In this document: positions 1-12,839 of the stretch, piece after piece | How positions within the stretch are numbered: position 1 is the first letter of the stretch | Layout: each line of letters begins with the position of its first letter | NCBI GenBank assembly: GCA_964016885.1 | Contig: OZ024758.1 | Coordinates: 27,714,001-27,778,000 of the forward strand | Reading direction: 5' to 3' | Length of the DNA: 64,000 nucleotides | DNA from: Eledone cirrhosa | Taxonomy: Eukaryota | Program-made: the position numbers and the translations under genes | The notes under the pieces: model-generated | The model's database searches: none | Told to the model about the DNA's origin: nothing | What the model saw: only the letters and a program-made list of their open reading frames with translations

Positions 1-678
1 CTGTACACGCTGTAAAGTAGTTGGGGATAGGAAGTGTATCCAGCCATAGAAAGCTTGCCAAAAAAAAAGGTTGAGAGGACTCTCCAGTTAAGTCAAGGAA
101 ATGACAACCTCCCTAGTGATGGTGACCTACAATGCTGTAAAGTAGTTGGTGTTGGGAGGGGCATCCAGCTGCGGAGGGCTTTCCAAGCAAAAGGTTGACC
201 CTCCAGTTGTGCCAGAAGCATGACAACCTCCCTGGTGCTGGTGCCATGATAAAATACACTTGGTAGAATGCAGAACCACATGTAAGTGAGATGCAAACCA
301 CCAGCCTGTCTGGGAAGTCACTGACCCCACATCAGTACAGACTTGGTCTGTGAAAACCTGTCTAACCCTTGCTAGCATGAAAAGTGGACATTAACCCTTT
401 AGCATTTACATTACTCTATATTTACTATTATATTTACTATTATATTTCCATGGTAATGGTTTTATCTCACATAATTATCTCACATAATATTGAATATACA
501 AGATTTTGATATTATTTATTTTGAGAACAATACCTTAACATCAGTATGAACAGCCGGTCATGGCCGGTTTGAACAGAAAGAGATTAGAGAATTCTGGTCT
601 TGTCGGATACATCATCATGATGCGTATATTGCGTATATATCATCATGGTGATGATATATACTCAATATACATAGACAC

Positions 679-865
679 AATTGTTTCTACTTTTGGCACA
701 AGGCCAGTAATTACCCCAGTACATAACTGGTACTTTATTTTATCGACCCCGTAAGGATGAAAGGCAAAGTTAACCTCGGCGGGATTTGAACTCAGAATGG
801 CAAGGGCCGTAACTATGCGTCAAAGCATGGTGTCCGACGCCTCTACAAATACTGCCAATCCACCT
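679..865 (-). mobile_element. SINE-A copy
   Basis: AATTGTTTCTACTTTTGGCACAAGGCC...GATTTGAACTC...TACTGCCAATCCACC. Other minus copies: 2176-2327, 4248-4435, 8188-8377, 9819-10001, 18615-18800, 27564-27742, 30251-30436, 36082-36188, 37725-37811, 47949-48137, 49361-49548. Confidence 0.86.
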
Positions 866-1222
866 ACACATGTATACAATATACATACATGTATGTATAT
901 TGTATACATTTTATGAAGCGTGACTTGTCACCAGGAAGGACAAGCCATGCCAGTATCTCCATACTCCCTCCCCCCCACACACACATTGTATACAGTAATG
1001 GCCATAATATTTCAGACACCTAAATGTTCATCCCAAAACTTTCAGTAGCTTCAAAACTAAGAAACGCTAAAAGCTCAAAATTGATACATATTAAATTATA
1101 TGTGTCCAAACCATTATGGCTGTTACTGTAGTTGCATAATGGCAGCAGATGTATTTATTGTACTTAAGTATAAAATTAAATATATCTTAAAATCAAATCT
1201 GTTGGTGAGAGTTTGTATCACT

Positions 1223-1592
1223 CATCATCATCGTTTAATGTCCATCTTCCACGTTAGCATGGGTAGGACGGGCTGTCCCTTTGTGAGGGATCAGGTCAGA
1301 GGAGCATGATTCACTCAAACAGAACTGATTTTAGTTCAGATGCACTTCCTAATGCCAACCACATTTACAGTGTGTGCCGAGTGCCTTTTTGCCGTGTCTC
1401 GTACACAACCTCTTTACAGTGTGAACTGGGTGCTTTTTGTCGTGACACCTACATGACCATTTTACAGTGTGGACTGGGGGCTTGCTTTTGTCATGACACC
1501 TACATGACCACTTTACAGAGTGGACTGGGTGCTCGCTTTTGTCATGACACCTACATGACCACTTTAGTGTAGGCTGGGCTCTTTTGTCATGA
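1223..1592 (-). mobile_element. RTE 3'UTR-derived insertion with about 5 internal 48-51-bp units
   Basis: CATCATCATCGTTTAATGTCC tail, ATGCACTTCCTAATGCCAACC motif, repeated TTTACAGTGTGGACTGGGTGC...GACACCTACATGACCAC. Confidence 0.82.
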
Positions 1593-3980
1593 CTCCATTC
1601 ATACATCACAACAATAGTTTTACCTTTTTAAAGGTAAATCCATCACCATCCTAGAATCGAGGCTGTGGAGAATGTTAGAGTTTATAAACAGAAAAAGGAA
1701 TTTATTCAAAAGTTAGTAGCAGTTCAAATCTCAAACTGAGGGGTTGTACTGGGTCTACTGGGCCGTTTCAATCATGTTTCCATTGAGTCAGACATAACTT
1801 CAGGAGCTGGATCACATCAGATTTTTGTTTAACCCTTTAGCATTTAAACTGGCCATATCCGGACAGAATTCTCTCACCTCTTTCTGTTCAAACCAGCCAA
1901 AACTGACCACTTATACTGACGTTAAAATAAACAACATCTAAATCTTGTAGATTCAAAATTATATGAGATAATTAAGTAAGATAAAGCCTTTACCAAAAAA
2001 ATACAATAGTATAGAGAGAGAGTAATGTAAATGGTAAAGGTTTAAGGACAAATGACAAACTTAATTGATATTCTAAAACATTATTTCATAGTTAATAAAT
2101 TAAAAGAAAACATTTTTTTAATGTAATTTTCAGAATTAAAAAAAAAATTTTCTTTTAATTTATTAACTATGAAATAATTGTTTCTACTTTAGGCACAAGG
2201 CCAGCAATTACCCAGTGCATTACTGGTTCTTTATTTTATCGACCCTGTAAGGATGAAAGGCAAAGTTAACCACGGCGGGATTTGAACTCAGATCGTAAAG
2301 GGACGTAACTATGCTGGAAAGCATGGCATGAAATAATGTTTTAGAATATCAATTAAGTTTGTCATTTGTCCTTAAACCTTTACCATTTACATTAAATAGT
2401 TCTATTTGAAGTAAACCCAACAAATGTTTTGAACTCACAACATTTTAACCCTTTAGCATTTAATCTGGCCAGAATTCTCTCACCTCTTTCTGATCAAACT
2501 GGTTGTCACCAGCTGCTCATACTTATGTTAAGTTATTGTTCTCAAAATAAATAATATCAAAATCCCATAGATCCGATATTGTGAGAATCATGTGAGGTAA
2601 ACCAACAAATGTTTTGAACATGTGAGATATTTATGAAGTAAAGCCTTTACCACAAAAATACAATAGTAAATATAGAGTAATGTAAATGGTAAACCATTAA
2701 GCTAACGTGTTAACCCAAGCAAGAATGAAATGTGTATGGCAAGGTGTGATTTCTCCACATTGCTTCAATATAAGGAATCACAATGGAGTCAACATAAGCC
2801 TTTTGTAAGCAGAGATCAGAGCTTTGAAAGGTAGACAATGTTAATCTATGAATAGTCAACAAAGTTAAAGAAAACCAAAAATTGAGAAAAAATAACCTGA
2901 ACACAAATGGAAAAAATACAAAGAGATCATTAAAATGGGTTAAGATCATTAAGGTGGGTACATACTTGTAGAGGGGCAAGAGTTGAAGTAAGTGGAAAAC
3001 ATTTCAAGTACTTATAAAAAAGGAATTTTGCAGTAGGTTTTAACCTGGGGTGCTGGCACACCCAAGGAATGCAAGATTCAGTTTTTGGGGTCCAGAATGA
3101 AATAATTGTTGATAACCAAACAATAATAATTCATGAATCTCTTTGACTTTGTTTTGCTTCACTTCATCAAATTTGCTGTAGACAAGACATAAGATCTCCT
3201 TATTACATGATTCTTATACAATAATTACTGATTCACAGCCATTTGTTGAGGTTTCATAACTGAACCAAATAATATTGTGGGACAATACATCATCATCATC
3301 ATCTCACGTACATTTTCCACGGTAGCATGGGAAGGGCGGGCTGGCCCTTTCAGAGAGAATCAGGTGAGAGGACCATGTTTCACTCACCCAGTGCTGATTT
3401 TGGCTTGATTTCTACAGCTGGATGCCCTCCCTAATGCCAACTGCATTTGTAATATGTGCTGGGTGCTTTTTATTGTCACCTACACGACCACTTTACAGTG
3501 TGAAATGAAATGTAATACATAGTCTAGTTTTTAAATTAGTCTACATATGTTTATTACCTCCAAACATTCAATTAGAAACTTGATTATTATCAAGGTGTTC
3601 AACTGAAGGAGTCTTCAATGACATCCAATAGAAAAAAAAAATTGTTTAGCTATTTACAACTGCAAAATTTTCATTGCTTAGAGAAAAATATTTGGAAATT
3701 GGATATATAAAAATTATCCAAAGAATGTAATCTATTACCAAAATTGAATAGCCAGAAACTGGTCTTTAAAACATAATATAGATTACTTTTCAGAAAGAAC
3801 TTGGATGACATTGTTCTAAAATTCTTTCACATCAGAATCATCTTTTTATATTCATAGATTATGCTACCATTCATAATTGATATGTCCCAAAGCCTCATTC
3901 ACCAGGATTTACTCTGGTTTTTCTACTCTGCTATTGACATACACATATTTCAATCTATATATAACATGTGTTAATTTCTA

Positions 3981-4157
3981 TACGAAGATCGACTGAAAAG
4001 TTCATAGGCTGACTATGAAGGAGTTATGTTAGAGCTGTGAAATCTTACATGCATTAATTTCTACTCTTATTAATAACTGAATTATTTCTTTCCAGGGACT
4101 ATGTTGAAAAATAAATCTCATTTGGTCATTCCATGAGAGTATCTTGGTCAGCCTAAC
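3981..4157. mobile_element. mariner-like MITE (partial); second copy at about 11330-11471
   Basis: TACGAAGATCGACTGAAAAGTTCATAGGCTGAC here is complementary to GTTAGCCTATGAACATTTCAG in the 11.4-kb copy; the interiors match. Confidence 0.55.
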
Positions 4158-4485
4158 CCCTATACAATTGATCTGTCACACTTATAAAAGCACAGAAAAA
4201 GAACATTTTAACATGATAAAGTTTCCTACTATCTAGAAATCTGTAATAATTGTTTCTACTTTTGGCACAAGGCCAGCAATTACCCAGTGCATTACTGGTA
4301 CTTTATTTTATCGACCCCGTAAGGATGAAAACCAAAGTTAACCTTGGCGAGATTTGAACTCAAAATGGAAAGGGCCGTAACTCTATGCGTCAAAGTATGG
4401 CGTCGACCCTCTACCGATACTGCCAATCCCCCGCGTTTAATCTGTAATAATAACTACAAATAATATATCTAGTAAGAGAACTCTT

Positions 4486-5293
4486 CATCATTATCATCAT
4501 CATCATTTAACATCTATTTTCCACACTAGCATGGGTTAGATGGTTTTGTCCCATTAGAGGCAAGTTGGGTCGGATGACCATGTCTTGCTCATATAGGACT
4601 GTTTCTGACTAGATTTCTACAGTTGGATACCCTTCCTAACGTCAACCACATTTACAGTGCGTGCTGGGTGCTTTTTGTCGCGACACCTACATGACCATTT
4701 TTACAGAGTGGGCTGGGTGCTTTTTGTTGCGACACCTACATCACCATTTTTACAGAGTGGGCTGGGTGCTTTTTGTCGCGACATCTACATCACCATTTTT
4801 ACAGAGTGGGCTGTGTGCTTTTTGTCGCGACATCTACATCACCATTTTTACAGAGTGGACTGGGTGCTTTTTGTTGCGACATCTACATCACCATTTTTAC
4901 AGAGTGGGCTGTGTGCTTTTTGTTGCGACATCTACATGACCATTTTTACAGAGTGGACTGGGTGCTTTTTGTTGCGACATCTACATGACCATTTTTACAG
5001 AGTGGGCTGGGTGCTTTTTGTCGCGACATCTACATCGCCATTTTTACAGAGTGGACTGTGTGCTTTTTGTCGCGACATCTACATCACCATTTTTACAGAG
5101 TGGGCTGGGTGCTTTTTGTCGCGACACCTACATGACCATTTTTACAGAGTGGGCTGGGTGCTTTTTGTCGCGACATCTACATCACCATTTTTACAGAGTG
5201 GGCTGGGTGCTTTTTGTCGCGACACCTACATGACCATTTTTACAGAGTGGACTGGGTGCTTTTTGTTGCGACATCTACATCACCATTTTTACC
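4486..5293 (-). mobile_element. RTE 3'UTR-derived insertion whose internal unit has expanded to about 13 x 49 bp (4652-5291)
   Basis: (CAT)n tail and CCACACTAGCATGGGTTAGA as in the reverse complement of the RTE 3' end. Unit TTACAGAGTGGGCTGGGTGCTTTTTGTCGCGACATCTACATCACCATTT has period 49 (4701, 4750, 4799). Confidence 0.88.
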
Positions 5294-6010
5294 ATTTCTG
5301 AAACTCAGCTGCCGTGGGCTTTTCTTAATGCTTTCTATACTATATAAAATATGAAATGAAATGTTATTTAATGTTGAATTAATCTGTGTTTGATCACCAA
5401 CATTTTCAGCTAACTACAGATATAAAAAAAACAAAGAATAATAGATAAAGCATAAAAACAAAAAAGTAGCAGTCAGCGTCTTATTTTTAGCAGTATGATA
5501 TTTGCTCAGATGACGGACAGTAATTAGATATTTGGCAACAATTACTGGTTCAGTAGCCTTAGATTGACGAAGAACAAAGCTAATCACACTCCCAACTAAC
5601 AATATCATTATACATGGAGATAATGTTCTAGTAACCATCATATCAACTAGTACACAATGTATTGCTTTAAAAGGAAGTGATGTACTAAAGAAGAGGTTCT
5701 CAAAGTGGATGTTACCGTCTCCCTCTCTACTAAAGTGATTTACTAGAACAGTAAGCAAATGTATACAGACATAGCTGTGTGGTGAAGACATTACAACTAC
5801 ATAGCAGCTTGGGCGTCTTCTGCAGCCTTAACCCTTAACCATTTAAACCGGCCATATCCGGCCAGAATTCTCTCACCTCTTTCTGTTCAAACTGGCTGTA
5901 ACTGGCTGCTCATACTTGTGTTAAGGTATTGTTTTCAAAATAAATAAAATCAAAATCTCATAGATTCGATATTATGTGAGATAAAGCCTTTACCACAAAA
6001 ATACAATCGT

Positions 6011-6353
6011 ATCATCATCATTCATTTCATTTTACATCCGCTTTTCCCTGCTTGCAAGGGTGGGACGGGAACCGATTCTGGCTTGATTTCTACAGCTGGA
6101 TGCCCTTCCTAACACCAACCTCATTTACAGTGAGTGCTGGGTGCTTTTTTTGCCGTGGCACCTCCACGACCACTTTACAGTGGAATGATATGGACCCCAG
6201 TCCCTATCATCTCATTTCTACAGCTGAGTAAACTGGAGCAATGTGAAATAAAGTGTCTTGCTCAAGGAAACAACACATCACCCAGTCTGAGAATTGAACT
6301 CACAACCTTTCGATTGCAAGGCCAATGTTCTAACCACTAAGCCATGTGCCTCC
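6011..6353 (-). mobile_element. SINE-B full copy nested inside a TTAA MITE
   Basis: Reverse complement of SINE-B; the flanks are the two halves of MITE 5829-6393. Confidence 0.86.
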
Positions 6354-6639
6354 ATTAATATATAAAGTAATGCAAATAAGGGTAAAGGGTTAAGTTGACC
6401 AATACCCTGTCAGTAAATATGGTAGGTAGAAACTGTAAAGAAGCATGTCATCATTTTTACATCCATTTTTCTATGCTTGCATGGGTTGAATAGGGCCTGT
6501 TCAGCACAGCATCTTTCCACTCATTGCATTTCTCGTCTCCTCTGTGAGTCTCGGCGATTTGAGGTTAGCTCTCACCACCTCTGTTCAGATCTTACTCGGT
6601 CTACCTCTACTGTGGCTTCCATATATATATCATCATCTA

Positions 6640-6795
6640 CGTACCTCTCTACTTACATACTTCCCTACCTACCTACCTCCATTCCTCCCTAGCTACCCAC
6701 CCTCCAACCTACCTACCTACCTCCCTAGCTACCCACCCTCCTACCTACCTCCCTAGCTACCCACCCTCCTACCTACCTACCTACCTACCTACCTA
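6640..6795. repeat. (CCTA)n-type compound microsatellite
   Basis: Direct inspection. Confidence 0.9.
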
Positions 6796-7514
6796 GACAT
6801 AGGTAGAAATGGTGAAGGCTAATCTTATTCAGTTGAGTCCCATGAAGGAGTTAACAGACTGCAACAAATGGTGAGGTAAGATGCTAGAGAAGACCTGGGG
6901 AAAATAATGGCTGGTGGTGATAAGAAGATATGATGGTGATAAGAAGATGATAATCATAATGAGGGGGGAGAAGGATATTTCTAATTTACTGTGTGAATTT
7001 ACAGATTTGAATTTTGAGTACTTAGGAAACATGGGAGATGACAGCTGGTGATGTGAATCAATCCCAGAAATGTGTAGTAGCTACAAGGGGACAACAAAAG
7101 ACCAGATGGCAGCACAATTTCCCCATTTTGTGGGTGGTAAACCCCACTTCTGGGTCACAATATGCTGTGATACTTTCTCCAGTGACAATCAGGTACATCT
7201 AGTGAGAGTCCCAGGTTTCATTACCCAACAAACTGAAGATCACAAGCTGTTGAAGTTGGCTGCTTCCTTAATAGGTTTGTCATTGAACCATAACGGTAAA
7301 GATTTTGGGTGTCTTTAGTCCCCAAGCCCCCACACTACTCATTGTTATCTCTAAGTATCTACTGTTCTATCCGTTGGGAACAATAATATATGCCTGGCCA
7401 TCTACATTGTCCAGGCATATATTATTGTGATGGTCTGCATATCATTCTTAGTATTACTGAACTGATAGATCTATTTTTTGTGGATATATTAGTTCCCATT
7501 ATAAAGAAGTAATA

Positions 7515-7722
7515 GGGTAGTGGATTGGCAGTATCGGTAGAGCGTTGGACACCCTGCTTCACGGCTTAAAGTTACGACCCTTTACGTTCTGGGTTCAAAT
7601 TTCACCGAGGTTAGCTTTGACTTTCAACTTTACGGGATCGATAAAATAAAGTACCAATCACACACTGGAGTCGATTTAATTGACTTTCCCCTCCTCAAAA
7701 ATTGCTGCCTAAATCAGAAACC
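7515..7722 (+). mobile_element. SINE-A long subfamily (extra ~30-bp GTCGATTTAATTGAC segment)
   Basis: Same head and core plus GGAGTCGATTTAATTGACTTTCCCC. Long form also at 31513-31730, 33852-34070, 56825-56970 and 61144-61281. Short-form plus-strand copies at 36329-36508, 42608-42730, 49775-49912, 51369-51550 and 60943-61131. Confidence 0.8.
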
Positions 7723-7734
7723 ACACTATTCTAA

Positions 7735-8171
7735 TCATCATCATCATCATCATTTTACGTCCACTTTTCCCTGCTTGCTAGGGTGGGACGGGAACTGATT
7801 CTGGCTTGATTTCTACAGCTGGATGCCCTTCCTATCACCAACCTCATTTACAGTGAGTGCTGGGTGCTTTTTTGCCGTGGAACCTCCACGACCACTTTGC
7901 AGTGAGTGTTGGGTGCTTTTTTGCCGTGGCACCTCCACGACCACTTTACAGTGTGGGCTGGGTACTTTTTTGCCGTGGCACCTCCACGACCACTTTGCAG
8001 TGGAATGATATGGACCCCAGTCCCTATCATCTCATTTCTACAGCTGAGTAAACTGGAGCAATGTGAAATAAAGTGTCTTGCTCAAGGAAACAACATCACC
8101 CGGTCTGAGAATTGAACTCACAACCTTTCGATTGCAAGGCCAATGCTCTAACCACTAAGCCATGTGCCTCC
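7735..8171 (-). mobile_element. SINE-B copy with three 48-bp internal units
   Basis: SINE-B head and tail; unit (TTTACAGTGAGTGCTGGGTGCTTTTTTGCCGTGGCACCTCCACGACCAC-like) triplicated; TSD ACTATTCTAAT. Confidence 0.86.
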
Positions 8172-11100
8172 ATCAATACTATTCTAATAATTGTTTCTAC
8201 TTTAGGCACAAGGCCAGCAATTACCCAGTACATTACTGGTACTTTATTTTATCAACCCCGTAAGGATGAAAGGCAAAGTCAACCTCGGCGGGATTTGAAC
8301 TCAGATCATAAAGGGATGTAACTATGCTGGAAAGCATGGCTTCCGACTCTCTACCGATACTGCCAATCCACCGCCCTCAATACTATTCTAATAATGTTTC
8401 AACATGACAAAAGGACAGAGTAGGAGTATTTTTTACTTTTCCTTTTTGGATATCGGTAATATTGTTTTTATAAAGTGTTATAAATATTTCTAACTGACAA
8501 ATAGAGAAAAAAGTTAGACAAATATTTTTGACATTTCTGACAATTAGGAAAGAGTGAAATGCAGTGACATTTATATAAAGATATATAAATTTGAAAAAAG
8601 ATATGGAGTAGGTTATTAATGAAAATGGAAAAGAGTATTAGTGCAGTGGCTGATCTCTGAAGACATAGTTGATAAAAAGAAATGAATGTTAACAGTAAAA
8701 AATCTTCCAAACTATAAGAGGAGACTGAGAAAAAGTACTCAATGCAAAATATTTGAATGTGAAACCATTCAACTCATTTAGCAAGGATTTCTAGGACCAT
8801 GAAGTTATGTTTTTGAAAAATGGCTGATCTTTGAAGTCATAGCGTAAGTTGATAAAAAGAAATGAATGATGACAGTAAAAAAATAGTTTAACCCTTTAGC
8901 ATTTACATTACTCTATATTTACTATTAGATTTTCACAGTACAGTTTTTATTTCATGTAGTTATTTCACATAATATCGAATTTATGAGATTTTGATATTAC
9001 TTATTTTGAGAACAATACCTTAACATCAGTATGAGCCAGTTTGAACAGAAAGAGGTGAAAGAATTCTGGCCAGATTTGGCCGGTTTAAATGCTAAAGGGT
9101 TAAATGTGCAACCATTCAACTCATTTGCCAAGTATTTCTAGGATCATGAAGTTACGTTTTTGAAAAGAAAAGACTAAAATATCTACTGGATATTCTCAAA
9201 CCACTTCTCTGTCAACTTAGAAATAGTTTTCCACAACTATGAAATCATTTCAGTGAGAATGTAATTTGAGGTGCATATCAGAGAGTTTTTCACTGATCAC
9301 AACTGAAATTTGTTAGATAAAGTTAAAGACATTGCAGTGGGTGTTTCTGGTCATTTCCCATGGTAACGGTTTTGCCATTTCGTCCACGGGGCGCAGCTGA
9401 GGTACTGCTCAGACTGGGGTGTAATGTCTGTCTTTCCCTTTTTTGTTGCTTGATCCTTCTTTCCTTTTGTACTTTTTATTTTCTTTATCTCCCTTTTCTG
9501 TTCCCTTTAATAGTGTAATATTGTGTTTTTATTATATTGTCTATTTTGTCCAAAAATTCCAATCATGACTAATTTATGCCTATTTATATATTTTAAACAT
9601 CCGTTAGAGGGCGATGTTTTTACTAAAGGCAAAACATGAACTGAATCTGGTGGCTTTAAAAATAAAAGATATTCACTAAATTTTGATAAAATCATAGAAA
9701 ACCTGACAGCAGTCACTTGGTAAAAATTATTAGAAAATAATTTTCAAGCATTAAGTTCTAATTTTAATTTAAATTGCAAAATATATATTGCAATTCATGA
9801 CAAAAACCGAATAATGATAATTGTTTCTATTTTAGGCACAAGGCCCGCAATTACCCAGTGCATTACTGGTACTTTATTTTATCGACCCCGTAAGGATGAA
9901 AGGCAAAGTAAACCTCGGCAGGATTTGAACTCAGACCATAAAGGGACGTAACTATGCTGGAAAGCATGGCGTCCGACTCTCTACCGATACTGCCAATCCA
10001 CATGATAATATAACCAAATTTGATTCAAGAAAAGTTTCATTTAAAACTCATCATAGCCAGATGTTTTTCTCTATCTAGACTCTACATAGAATCCAGCTGC
10101 AAGAAAGAATATTCAGATATAAGACTAGTAAACACCAGAATGTATGATGTCGTAACAAAAAACTGTGGCTAAAAAGGACATCTTTAAGACTGAGAATAAT
10201 ATTTCTAATTTTTATTTTTCTCGAAAAATTTTCAATATAAGGAATTAATCATCTTACATGAACAGAAAACAGCAAGTGTGCCTAGAATTTAATATATCTT
10301 CAAATTACGAGGAACAATTTCATATTCGATTTTTAATTTGTATGTATCAGATACAAAACAATTTCTCCTAGAACATAAAGCAACCTTTCAAGATTAAAAA
10401 ATAAATACAAACACACAACACTACAAAGTTTAATCAAAATCAAGACAGATGATAAATCTAGCATTTGTCAAAATGTTACTCTGAAGATTATTCCCATCAC
10501 ATTCAATTGAATAAAATGTAAATAAAATGAATTGGATAAGAAATAAAGGGGATATTGATTAACTTAACAAATCAATACAGCTGGTTTTCAAAACACCTGC
10601 TCTGATATGAATTTGTGTTAGTCTCTACTAGAATAAGATAAATAGCTTTGCTTAATAACAGTCTATCCTAAGACATGCAGAACACAGCAAAAATTAAATA
10701 TATTTAGCATCTATTATCAGCATCATCACCGTTTTACGTCCGTTCTTCCACGCTAGCATGGGTTAGACGGGTTGTCCTGTGTGGGCAGTGTCCGGTCGGC
10801 TGACCATGCCTTGCTCATACGGGAACTGAATCTGGCTTGATTTCTACAGCTGGGATGCCCTTCCTAACACCAACCTCATTTACAGTGAGTGCTGGGTGCT
10901 TTTTTTCCGTGGCACCTCCACGTCTACATTACAGTGTGGGCTGGGTGCTTTTTTGCTGTGGCACCTCCACGTCCACTAAGAAGAAATTTTCTTTTACTGG
11001 TTCCAATCATTTGACTGCAGCCATGCTGTTATTTTTCCAAGCCTGGTATTTATTTTATCAATCTTTTTTGTCAAACTGCTAAGTTATGAGACATAAATAC

Positions 11101-12194
11101 TGACACACACTTATGCATAATGACATGAGTCTGAAGTTCCATCTACCAAATTCCACTCACAAGGCATTAGTAGAGGATACTTGCTCAAGGTGTATAAGAT
11201 ACAAAGAAACTTTTCTTTAAAGTATTTACTAAATAAGTTTTTAATTCTTTCTATTTAAATATAGTTTGTGGGAATGAATGTATATACATGACTGTATACT
11301 CACTCACATACATATTCACATATATTGGGAAATTTTGCATGCATTAATTTCAACTCTTCTTATCAATAACAGCATTGTTTATTTCTAAGGACTATGTTGA
11401 AAAATGAACCTCATTTGGTCCTTCCATGAGAGTATCTTAGTTAGCCTATGAACATTTCAGCTGGCCTTTGTAGATTTCTTTTTACTTTACAAAAGTTTGG
11501 CTGTTAATCAGTGCAAATTGCCCTCTGTCTTGGAACTCTGTAATATTAAACAGGCAGCCATTATTCATCTCTTACCCTTAAAAGAGATGCTATTACTACA
11601 ACATTATCACATATTTCTCAAGGTCCTTAAATAATTCTGATAATAAATACAAAAAAAAAAAAGAAGATTGCCAGATTGTCAAAAAATTCCTTAGTACAAT
11701 CTGATACAAGAAGAATGCTTCATTTTATACCATTTTCTGCCAAAGAAGTAATGCAAATCTGCCCCACATACCATAAATGGTATTCTGATTTTTATCATCT
11801 GAAGCAACTTTCTTATCCCTTCAGCATTTACATTCCTCTATTTTCACAGTAAAGGTTTGCCTCACATAATTACCTCACATATTGAATCTATGAGATTTTG
11901 ATATTTGTTTTGAGAACAATACCTTAAGTGGTCAGTTACAGCCAGTTTGAACAGAAAGAGGTGAAAGAATTTTGGCCGGATATGGCCGGTTTAAATGCTA
12001 AAGGGATATAAAAACTTCTCATCCATTTGCATGCTTAATAGATTTTAAAATACTTTTTCTTATTCTAAAAATTTGAATGCATGCTTACTATAATTGATGG
12101 GTTTTCTTATTTTCCATTCACGTATCCATACCATGATAAAAGTACTTCTACTGTTAAGCATCTAACGCAGGTCTTCTCTATTTTTGGAATTCTT

Positions 12195-12615
12195 CTTCTT
12201 CTTCACCTACTTATTCCTGAGGGGGTCGTGGGGGCAGTGTCCTCAAACACTCCCTCCAGCGGGTCCTGTCAGAAACAATCCTTTCCAACCTATCCAGCTG
12301 GATCCCCAAGCATGACCTGCCAATCTCAGGGTCTACCCCGGGGTCTAATACCTGTTGGTTTTGCCTGTAAAACCTGTCCAGCGATTCTTTCCTGAGACAT
12401 TCTAACCACATGCTCATAGTACCGGAGCTTTGATCTCTCAATTTGGAGAAGTAGCGACTCTACTTGGAGTGACTCTCTGATATCTGAACAACACACACTA
12501 TCGAGCAACGTTACTCCAAAGACCCTTTGGAGGAATCCCATTTTGGCTGCTTGTATTTTCAATTGCATTCTTTCAGTCATTACCTAAGATTTACGACCAT
12601 AGGTAAGGGTTGGTT
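12195..12615 (-). mobile_element. RTE LINE 3' fragment
   Basis: IQAAKMGFLQRV.GVTLLD.V..SDIRESL.VE.LLL.IERS.LRYY.HVVRM..ERIA..VL...P.G.RPRGRP. Confidence 0.85.
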
Positions 12616-12839
12616 ATTTTTTAGAATGCCTTCATTAATTCATTCGAAAAAGAGCTTCCTTTGTGTCAACCAAGTTGAAACAATTTCTAAATAACCATGG
12701 GATTTCTACAAGCTGTATGACTATTTAAATCTTTAGAGAACTCACAGTACAAAAGATACATATAAAGTTAACCCATGAAAGTAAAAATTATAGATTTTGC
12801 AATGAGACACTGTATTACTGGATGCACTACATGCTATAC

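Noticed and set aside
4657-5301. 214-aa Cys/His-rich protein
   Set aside because: Translation of a 49-bp tandem repeat cycling through three frames.
5414-5791. 125-aa minus-strand ORF
   Set aside because: No recognisable motif, and it overlaps MITE and SINE remnants; probably chance.
6134-6340. Recurrent short ORF family (...ISFLQLSKLEQCEIKCLAQG...)
   Set aside because: Antisense translation of SINE-B, repeated wherever the SINE occurs.
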